Source: a virus
Length of the DNA: 64,000 nt
Virus record (IMG/VR): IMGVR_UViG_3300034374_012521
Coordinates: 32,001-96,000 of that record
Reading direction: 5' to 3' (one strand)
Both the position numbers and the translations under genes were made by a program. Below, in pieces: positions 56,892 to 64,000 of the stretch (positions are counted from its first letter, which is position 1; each line of letters opens with the position of its first letter). The notes beneath the pieces were generated by a model. The model made no database searches, had not been told where the DNA came from, and saw only the letters and a program-made list of their open reading frames with translations.

Positions 56892-57540
56892 ATAAAAATA
56901 AACATATCCAGGTCGAATCTATAATATCATCCAATGGCTTGTTTACATTACCGGAGGGAGTTATCCATTCGTCCTTATTTTCTTCTAAAATACTAGTGAA
57001 AGACCCTAAATTAGTTTCTGGAAATTTGTGATCAATAAGAGAATTATAAAGTTCGTGTTTTTTTGCATTTCCCTTAAAAGCGAACTTCTTGATAGAGGTG
57101 GGTGAATAAACATAGAAATTATCGCTACCTGTATGATCAACTATTTTCTTACGGAGTAGAGCTGTGGCCATAGAGATATCAATCAAAGCATTACCATTAG
57201 AGGCAAAACTTAGTCCTTCCATAGCTACAACAATATCATCACCTGCACAGATATTTTCTACTTCAGACCAAAATTCATCAACGAGCTCCTGAAAATAATC
57301 TATCTTTATCCTTTCCCTTTCCGAGTAGTCTTCTGGCATTTTATCCTTTGACATAAACATAAGAACATAGTCTTCCGTTTTGTCTTCAGATAAAACATAG
57401 TAAGGTTTTTTAGCATTTTTCTTAAGTGATTCTGCAGTCCGGTCACTTCTTGTTAAAGACCCCCAAGTGAATTGATTATCCCTTAGAATACAGAATGCGG
57501 GTGAATTAAGGGAAAAGTCTATCCCAACTAATGTTTTCAA
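56869..57540 (-). CDS. RuvC-like Holliday junction resolvase
   Basis: VGIDFSLNSPA, MEGLSF, PTSIKKFA..GNAKK, DIIDS. Confidence 0.8.
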   Translation of the reverse strand: MKTLVGIDFSLNSPAFCILRDNQFTWGSLTRSDRTAESLKKNAKKPYYVLSEDKTEDYVLMFMSKDKMPEDYSERERIKIDYFQELVDEFWSEVENICAGDDIVVAMEGLSFASNGNALIDISMATALLRKKIVDHTGSDNFYVYSPTSIKKFAFKGNAKKHELYNSLIDHKFPETNLGSFTSILEENKDEWITPSGNVNKPLDDIIDSTWICLFLYDSIKEG

Positions 57541-57578
57541 AATGTATGTGTTTTAGAATACAAGTTATATATCAACAC

Positions 57579-57605
57579 AAAAAAGCTCCCCGTTTCCAGG
57601 GAGCT
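57579..57605 (-). terminator. intrinsic terminator
   Basis: AGCTCCC/GGGAGCT plus U-tract. Confidence 0.75.
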
Positions 57606-57652
57606 GAAACTCTTATGAGTCGGTCCTTGGATACTATCCAAGGAGAAGTGGG

Positions 57653-57898
57653 TTACATATTAGGCTTTACAACCTCGCCTTTCTTTCCAGTATAGTTGTA
57701 ATCATTAATGAGCTTGTCATAACACTTTTTCATCTGATCGTCAGTCAAGCAATCAACAATATCATTTAGCACCCTCTGATCGTTGCCGGATGCAGCTACT
57801 AAAAGATCTTTCATATGTTGCTTTAGGTCATCCTCGCCGTACATTGGCTGACCATATTTCATTTCATTAATTTTGGTTAAATCTGAGAACTTCTTCAT
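57653..57898 (-). CDS. hypothetical protein with CTS-like N-terminus
   Basis: MKKFSDLTKINEM. Confidence 0.7.
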   Translation of the reverse strand: MKKFSDLTKINEMKYGQPMYGEDDLKQHMKDLLVAASGNDQRVLNDIVDCLTDDQMKKCYDKLINDYNYTGKKGEVVKPNM

Positions 57899-57927
57899 AC
57901 CTTAGTATTTTTTGTATTTTATATATC

Positions 57928-58488
57928 TTACCTTTCCCTTCCAATTTCAAGATCAAGACCCAAATAGTTGCATTTGAAGCCCACATTGAAAGTGTAAACA
58001 GATGGTGTGTTTTGTGTGTAGTTCAAGTTTAGTTCGGAGAAAGAGGTTAACGTCACCTCTTTAAACATAACGGTCGTAAGTATATTTCCCTCGTTGTCCA
58101 AGGTCCTTAGTGGCAGATTCTGAATATAGATTCCAGGGTTTTTGAAATCCAGGTAATCCAAAACAGTTTCTAACATAATAAAATAGTTTACAAATCCCTC
58201 CGCTATTCTGAAAGATATCTGGAATTCCCTATTAAACAAATCCTGGACTGGGGTTGCACTTTGATAGTTTACCCTTTTACCAAGTTGTCTTACCTGTTCC
58301 GACAAGTCCATACTCATAGACGGGAACGTTACACTTTGTATTGTACTATTCATGTAAGAAGTTAAAGTGTCGTAGGGTGTTGGCTGCTTCTTTAAATAAT
58401 CAATATACTTTTGATGAACCTCCTCTGGGAAAAAACCCTTAGGGAACACAAAATAAAAACTATTTGCTCTTGCGTTTAATATAGCCAT
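57928..58488 (-). CDS. putative tail tube/tail-completion-like structural protein
   Basis: IQSVTFPS...F.E...TSFSELNL..T.....F.V.F pattern of tube-fold proteins; structural context. Confidence 0.45.
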   Translation of the reverse strand: MAILNARANSFYFVFPKGFFPEEVHQKYIDYLKKQPTPYDTLTSYMNSTIQSVTFPSMSMDLSEQVRQLGKRVNYQSATPVQDLFNREFQISFRIAEGFVNYFIMLETVLDYLDFKNPGIYIQNLPLRTLDNEGNILTTVMFKEVTLTSFSELNLNYTQNTPSVYTFNVGFKCNYLGLDLEIGRER

Positions 58489-59019
58489 CTATGCAATTTT
58501 TTTAAAGGGGACAGTATATTCTCTCTCGTTGAACTTATTCACTGCAGAACTAACATCATAATCCCTAAAGTGGTAAAGATCCTCATCCAACGGAGTAACT
58601 ATCCCGCTCATAGTATATACTCTTCCTTTGCCATTCTCCTCAATATCTTCAACATCAAGATATGTAATTATCTTTTCCTGACCCAGAAGTTCTTTACCTA
58701 GGGCTAGGGTTTTGTTTTTCCAGGAAATATCAATAAGGAGATCGTACTTTTTACCAATCTCAAATCCACTTATTAATCCTTTTTTAAGGTTCTTTAAATC
58801 AGTTACCCCACCAGATAAGATAATATCAACATCGAGGGTATCATATCTTTTCCCGCTTGTCCCAAAAATATTCTCACAAAACGCACCAGCTAAATACACA
58901 TCATACTTTAAATCCCTGTTATGGTCAACATAGTCTTTCAGCCATAACCTGAACAGTTCCCAAGTGGGGTTTTTAAAGGGTTGATTAGAAAATTGATTTC
59001 CTCTCCTATGAAGATACAT
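58489..59019 (-). CDS. nucleotidyltransferase-like hypothetical protein
   Basis: YLAGAF...TLDVDIIL...IDI. Confidence 0.5.
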   Translation of the reverse strand: MYLHRRGNQFSNQPFKNPTWELFRLWLKDYVDHNRDLKYDVYLAGAFCENIFGTSGKRYDTLDVDIILSGGVTDLKNLKKGLISGFEIGKKYDLLIDISWKNKTLALGKELLGQEKIITYLDVEDIEENGKGRVYTMSGIVTPLDEDLYHFRDYDVSSAVNKFNEREYTVPFKKIA

Positions 59020-59030
59020 TTATGACTTAC

Positions 59031-61502
59031 TTAAGATGGATCAGTTGGAAATTGAGGTCCACTGTTTGGACTACCATTGTCGCTTCCCGTTTGATTCTTA
59101 TTTGATCCTTTTTGGGATCCACTTCCCCCGTTTGTTCTTCCAGAAGAAGTGTTACCATAATTAAGGAGAAGGCTTAGATCCGCTCTGCTAAATATACCAG
59201 TTACTGCTTGTTCAAAAACTTCTTTACTAATTCCACCATAAAGCTTATACCCAGTTCCAGAAGGGTCTAAGAAATATGAAAGTATATCTGGTGTGCTCCA
59301 TCCTAGTTCCATTTTTCCTTGGACGTCTGATGCAATAGCATTTCGTAGCTGAGCAGGGCTTAGGTTACTTAAATTGCTATTACTGGTTCCTGAAGTTCCC
59401 TGGGAAGATGTATTTGCCTGAGAATTAACGGATATAGATCCAAACTTTTGCCAAGAAGATTTACCTGTTATTTCCCTTTGTATTGAGGTTGAGGCTGGTG
59501 TATTAGCTGATGTTGCAGAGATGCTACTTAATCCAGTATCTGCAACTACAGTTGTCTGTGGTGCGGTTTCGTCTTCGCTTATCCAATTACCCCAATAAAG
59601 AACAGAAGATGACTTAGAAGAGATTCTAGCGGTATCCATCTTTACTGACGTATTTTGCTCTGATGCCTTAATACTTTCAGCCCTTAGCTCCGTTATCGAA
59701 TCATTCAAAGAAACCGACCTTGCTGCTAACTTAGCTGATACATTACTGAGCCTAGATACCTTGCTATTTGTATTGCCTGTATTTGCTTCAACCCTAGGTC
59801 TATTTGAGATGTAGAATTTCTTGTTGGTGAACTGTAATATCTGAGTTGCTAATGTTTCATCTATTTTGAAAGCAAGTTCACCCTTAGCTGGTTTAGCAAT
59901 ATTATTATCAACTATTGATGGAGCACTAACCTTTTTGTTTTGGTTATTTATAAATACCATAGAATATTCACCAGAAGAAGAGAGATCTATATTTTTTGTA
60001 GTTCCATCATTAGCCTTCTGGAAAAAAGTAAACTTATAATAATTATCAAATGGGGAAATGGTAATATAAGCTTGACCAACACCATAAGAAATTGCTGCTG
60101 TTGCAGTTGTATCGTTTGACGTATCTTCCCTTAGAGTAGTTCCATTTACAACCAAATTGGTAAGTGAGGTATTCACCAAAGTCCTATCTACAAAAACATT
60201 AGAATATTTAGTTATTTGCTTTGGTGTATTCCTATTACCAGAGATTGAAATATTTGCTCCCCCAGCAACCTTATTGTAAATCTTTTGCTGTTGTGGCAAA
60301 ACTTGAAGTTGCAATGGTTGGATTTCAGCACCATATCTACTAACATCAGTTGAAGTATATGTTGCAACCCTTATTAACCTTGATTGGTCCTTATTGTTTA
60401 CCAGAGTCATTGTATATCTCAAAGTAAAGGAAGAAGCAACCTGTGGATATCTAACAATTGGTCTTAAAAGATTGGGTACGTCATAGGCAGTTGTCTGTAT
60501 ATTGCTGAAGTTTGATGTATTCAATAAAGCACCGCCAACTTGCTCCAATGTTTCTATTGTGTGGTTAAGGTAGTAACTATTTCCAATTGAGTTTTGGAAA
60601 AGTATAAAATCCTCAGGGAAGCCTCCATTGTCAGTTGCAAAATATTCGAAATAATCACCCTGGTCAGATGGAGCAATATAAGCACCAATATTTTTAAAAG
60701 GATCTGTTGACTCTAAGGATAAAGAGGCTAAAAGATCGGTTCCGTAAGTATCATAACCGTTTGTGGTAGTAGTGCTTAAAATCTCATAAGCCTTTATCCT
60801 TATAGGAGCAGCAGTTTGATATCCTTTACCACTCTTGCTGGTAAGACCGGCTAAAGTATTAGGCTTATTCGGAGAAGTAGCTGCACCATACTTGTTGTTC
60901 ATATCAACAAGACTTGGTATCTTAACCTCGTAATACTTATCAAAAATATTAGATCCTATAGTAAGTGGATTAGGACTCAAAGTATATGTTTGAGAGGAAC
61001 CCTTGGATAACTTTATTTGCGAGAAAGTAACATATGATCCATCCACATCTAAATATTGTATTTGCAATACCAGACCATCAACATTATCAAGATTGTATCC
61101 TGCTAATATGTGATATCTAACTGAGTCATATACAACTTGAATATTAGAGGTAAATGTTATTTCTAAATTTGCAGTGTTGGTTAGATTCGAATTAAAGTCA
61201 TTGTAAGGGACTATTAAGCTCGGATCTAAAGTTACGAATGTGTTTTGATTAGTCTGTACAACACTATTGTTTCTAGTGTTTTGTGTTACTGACTGATCTT
61301 GGTCCAAATTCATTATTTGGATGTCATCAGATGGCTGTCCATTATCATCCTCAAGAACACCATTTACCAATTTGTTGAACCCGACAGCAGGAGATCCAGT
61401 GTTGACAAAATATGTTTCTGGATTAGGCTGATCAGCATACCGATATTCCATAACCAAATATGGGGTTAGTTGAACAAATTTTGATGTAGTTGAAAATGCC
61501 AT
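59031..61502 (-). CDS. putative virion structural protein
   Basis: 823 aa, S/T/N-rich; structural region. Confidence 0.6.
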   Translation of the reverse strand: MAFSTTSKFVQLTPYLVMEYRYADQPNPETYFVNTGSPAVGFNKLVNGVLEDDNGQPSDDIQIMNLDQDQSVTQNTRNNSVVQTNQNTFVTLDPSLIVPYNDFNSNLTNTANLEITFTSNIQVVYDSVRYHILAGYNLDNVDGLVLQIQYLDVDGSYVTFSQIKLSKGSSQTYTLSPNPLTIGSNIFDKYYEVKIPSLVDMNNKYGAATSPNKPNTLAGLTSKSGKGYQTAAPIRIKAYEILSTTTTNGYDTYGTDLLASLSLESTDPFKNIGAYIAPSDQGDYFEYFATDNGGFPEDFILFQNSIGNSYYLNHTIETLEQVGGALLNTSNFSNIQTTAYDVPNLLRPIVRYPQVASSFTLRYTMTLVNNKDQSRLIRVATYTSTDVSRYGAEIQPLQLQVLPQQQKIYNKVAGGANISISGNRNTPKQITKYSNVFVDRTLVNTSLTNLVVNGTTLREDTSNDTTATAAISYGVGQAYITISPFDNYYKFTFFQKANDGTTKNIDLSSSGEYSMVFINNQNKKVSAPSIVDNNIAKPAKGELAFKIDETLATQILQFTNKKFYISNRPRVEANTGNTNSKVSRLSNVSAKLAARSVSLNDSITELRAESIKASEQNTSVKMDTARISSKSSSVLYWGNWISEDETAPQTTVVADTGLSSISATSANTPASTSIQREITGKSSWQKFGSISVNSQANTSSQGTSGTSNSNLSNLSPAQLRNAIASDVQGKMELGWSTPDILSYFLDPSGTGYKLYGGISKEVFEQAVTGIFSRADLSLLLNYGNTSSGRTNGGSGSQKGSNKNQTGSDNGSPNSGPQFPTDPS

Positions 61503-61513
61503 TTTATCTTTCT

Positions 61514-62329
61514 TTATTTACCAAATTGCAAGAATTTTGGAGAGTAGTGTAAGCCTATACCAATAACAGGACCTGCTTGGTAACCGTTAGTCGTGAAAAC
61601 CATACCATATCCTACATTAACACCAATACCGAAGGGCTTTCTGGCCCCTCTTAGAGCTTTTCGAGTTCCCGGATCATCTACCATATCTAAAGCATTTATA
61701 TCATTAAAAGATATTCCTGGAAATGTAGTAGATGCTCTAACAAAAAGTCTACCGGTTTTCGGATCCCTATATAAACCTGTCACAAGATCTATCCTTTGCT
61801 CAATAGAAAGGTTAGCATAACCAGGTACAATTAAGATCCTTTCATCACCGTTGAAAATGGTGTCCTTTGTTGTGTAAGGTAATATTCCATTAACAGCCAA
61901 TCTGTTATTACCAGGAAGGTCTGGGTCATACGAGAATTTAAGCAAATTTGTGCTATCACCAATTTCACTTTGAACTGGGACTAGAATAGTGGTATCCCTG
62001 TAAACAATACGTGTCTCTATAACTACACCAGGTTTTCTATTCCTAGCAAGCTCTAGTTGCTTAATTAATTCTTCTTGGTCCTTAGAGAGTTCGTTGTACT
62101 TAAGTTGAAAAGAAGCCTTTTCTGCTAATGCATTACCTAGTTTGGAGGAAATTTTTCGAACAGTATCTTGTTCAGCCAGAAGATTGTTCATGTTCCTTTC
62201 AGCCTCCCTTTTAGCATCCTGAGCTACGTTACACTGCCTTAGAAGCATAAAAGATAAAACGACTATAGCAACTACAGGGAAATATCTGTTGTTTAATAGG
62301 GCCAATATTTTACCTATTGCTGGTGTCAT
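61514..62329 (-). CDS. membrane-anchored coiled-coil protein (spanin-like candidate)
   Basis: N-terminal TM segment, coiled coil, C-terminal GIGVNVGYG beta-hairpin. Confidence 0.5.
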   Translation of the reverse strand: MTPAIGKILALLNNRYFPVVAIVVLSFMLLRQCNVAQDAKREAERNMNNLLAEQDTVRKISSKLGNALAEKASFQLKYNELSKDQEELIKQLELARNRKPGVVIETRIVYRDTTILVPVQSEIGDSTNLLKFSYDPDLPGNNRLAVNGILPYTTKDTIFNGDERILIVPGYANLSIEQRIDLVTGLYRDPKTGRLFVRASTTFPGISFNDINALDMVDDPGTRKALRGARKPFGIGVNVGYGMVFTTNGYQAGPVIGIGLHYSPKFLQFGK

Positions 62330-62562
62330 TGCATATAAATTAGTTTAAATGGATCGAGTGTTCCCTCCCCATATTTTTCTTTCAGGTTGCCAATAAATTT
62401 GGATTCCTGGTCTCTTAATTCCTCTAATTCCCTAATTAGTGTACCTGCCTTTGTATTTAAAATATCCATCTCGGACTGTACAGATTCAATCTCTGCCCTA
62501 ACCGAAGAAAATCTATCCTTCAGAAGACTGGCTTTTTCTTTCTCTTTTCTTGTTAATTCCAT
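62326..62562 (-). CDS. small coiled-coil hypothetical protein
   Basis: Heptad pattern; L.EKYGEG.LD. Confidence 0.7.
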   Translation of the reverse strand: MELTRKEKEKASLLKDRFSSVRAEIESVQSEMDILNTKAGTLIRELEELRDQESKFIGNLKEKYGEGTLDPFKLIYMQ

Positions 62563-62616
62563 CTTAGTTATATTTATCCGACATCTTTATTAGTTAAAAA
62601 CATTAAGGACCCAACC

Positions 62617-64000
62617 CTATAACCCTAGGAAGCCGCCGCCGGGGCCGGGGCCAACATCAGTAGCCGCCGCAACTGTATATGTAATCTGGCCACATTTATA
62701 ATTGTCATCAGAAAATGCTTCGTAATGAAATTTCTCAGTGACGCTCGAGGGGAAGAATGTAATTCTAATATGCTGGCATCCTGCTTCTCCAGCAGCGTTA
62801 TCGTCTATATAAACTCTGGTTGTAGAACCAAATCCAGAATCAGGAAGAACCCTTATTCCGCCAAAGGAATATGCAGAGCTATTTATAAAGAAGTCAAACG
62901 TTCTGCTCTGTCCGGCATTTACTAGGCCGCTAGCCCAAGAAAAGTTACTACCTAAGGACAGCATTATTCGATTAGTCTTTCCATTAGCAGTTGGAATGGA
63001 TGCTATTAAAAGAGGAGGAATAATAACACACACATCATTTGTAGGGTTACCACAATTTACGTAAGAGTCCGTCCCATCGGACAAGAAGCTTTGAGAAGTA
63101 GTGGTAATTCCTTTGACCTTTTTAAGTCCTGTTGCTCCGACAGAGCCAAATACAAATTTATTTGTTCTTTCAGATTTAATTAAATCCTGGTCCGTAGTGT
63201 TTAATATCTGCAGAAGCTCATCGGAGGTTTCAGAGGATGCAGTAACATTTATTCCAGATCCAGATCCAGAGATACTTACCAACGGAATATATGGGGTAAC
63301 TGGAGCTGCAATATATCCAGTCCCCCCAGGATTTGAAAGGGTAGCAGAAAATGACGAAGATGACAAATTAACCAGCGACGAGGAAAGGCTTAAAACACCA
63401 GGGGTTGAAAGAGAATAAGCACCACTTGTTCCAGTTGCCGCAGTAAAGTTAACAAAGCTTTGTGACGAACCCACCACGTTTTGGTTGGAAGTTGACAGAG
63501 TCATATTACCTCCAGTAGCAGAATAGTTGGAGGAAATTCCACTTTGCATCCTTATTTCGTTAGGAAATGTCCATCGATGATTGTAAGAACCTCCAGTTGC
63601 TGCCCATTTCATCGAAACTATCTTTCCTGGCGATTGGGTTAAAAACGTTTTTGCAAAGCCCAAAACTGGAAAGTCAGCAGTTTGTGATGTATCAGTTGAA
63701 ACCAAAACTTTAGCAAAGTTTGGATTCATTGAAGATGTTGCTCCAGTAGAATCTGACAGCACCAAAGTTTTATCTCCCTGGCTACCATTAATGTAAATGG
63801 CATTACTCGAGGTTGAATTACCAGGTCCAGATATTCCAGTAATTGTAGAAAATACACCGGAAGAAAGAAGTGTTTGTCCACTATTGACCCAAGCTCCTGA
63901 AGTATAAATGTAAACCTGTTGGCCTCCAGTAACCCCTATATTAATCCAGATATCTCCATTCTGAGATACAGAATCACTTGGCTCGGTAGAGGAGAAAAAC
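62617..64000 (-). CDS. tail fibre/baseplate-like structural protein (5' end beyond window)
   Basis: Frame stays open upstream of 63765 to the window end (FFSSTEPSDSVSQNGDIWIN); S/T/G-rich. Confidence 0.65.
   Translation of the reverse strand, partial: FFSSTEPSDSVSQNGDIWINIGVTGGQQVYIYTSGAWVNSGQTLLSSGVFSTITGISGPGNSTSSNAIYINGSQGDKTLVLSDSTGATSSMNPNFAKVLVSTDTSQTADFPVLGFAKTFLTQSPGKIVSMKWAATGGSYNHRWTFPNEIRMQSGISSNYSATGGNMTLSTSNQNVVGSSQSFVNFTAATGTSGAYSLSTPGVLSLSSSLVNLSSSSFSATLSNPGGTGYIAAPVTPYIPLVSISGSGSGINVTASSETSDELLQILNTTDQDLIKSERTNKFVFGSVGATGLKKVKGITTTSQSFLSDGTDSYVNCGNPTNDVCVIIPPLLIASIPTANGKTNRIMLSLGSNFSWASGLVNAGQSRTFDFFINSSAYSFGGIRVLPDSGFGSTTRVYIDDNAAGEAGCQHIRITFFPSSVTEKFHYEAFSDDNYKCGQITYTVAAATDVGPGPGGGFLGL

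Noticed and set aside
2992-63418. Numerous plus-strand ORFs antisense to long minus-strand genes
   Set aside because: Shadow ORFs with no recognisable motifs, fully overlapping well-supported genes.

Overview
A 64-kb segment of a large T4-like (jumbo) phage, almost entirely minus-strand and in the standard genetic code. The host is probably Bacteroidota: the tmRNA tag starts GEN, DUF4494-like and Hc1-like genes are present, and there is a TAnnTTTG promoter element. The window holds a tRNA/tmRNA cluster (0.4-2.5 kb), glycan-modification genes, and replication/repair genes (Dda, a two-gene split PolB, clamp, two-subunit topoisomerase II, NrdAB, UvsW/UvsY, primase, gp32-like SSB, RuvC-like resolvase, UvsE). 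It also holds chaperone/proteostasis genes, a RuBisCO-like-protein operon and the start of a structural module. The most notable unannotated signals are: (1) three covarying 'stem-TACAGCAA' small RNAs, two directly downstream of a DUF2828 (Ro60/TROVE-like) gene and one inside the tRNA array; (2) a leader-peptide/antiterminator/terminator attenuator in front of the tmRNA-tRNA cluster; (3) a T4-CTS-like capsid-targeting motif shared by about 15 proteins, most with a GATATATA promoter motif. All calls come from reading the sequence by eye; no searches were run.
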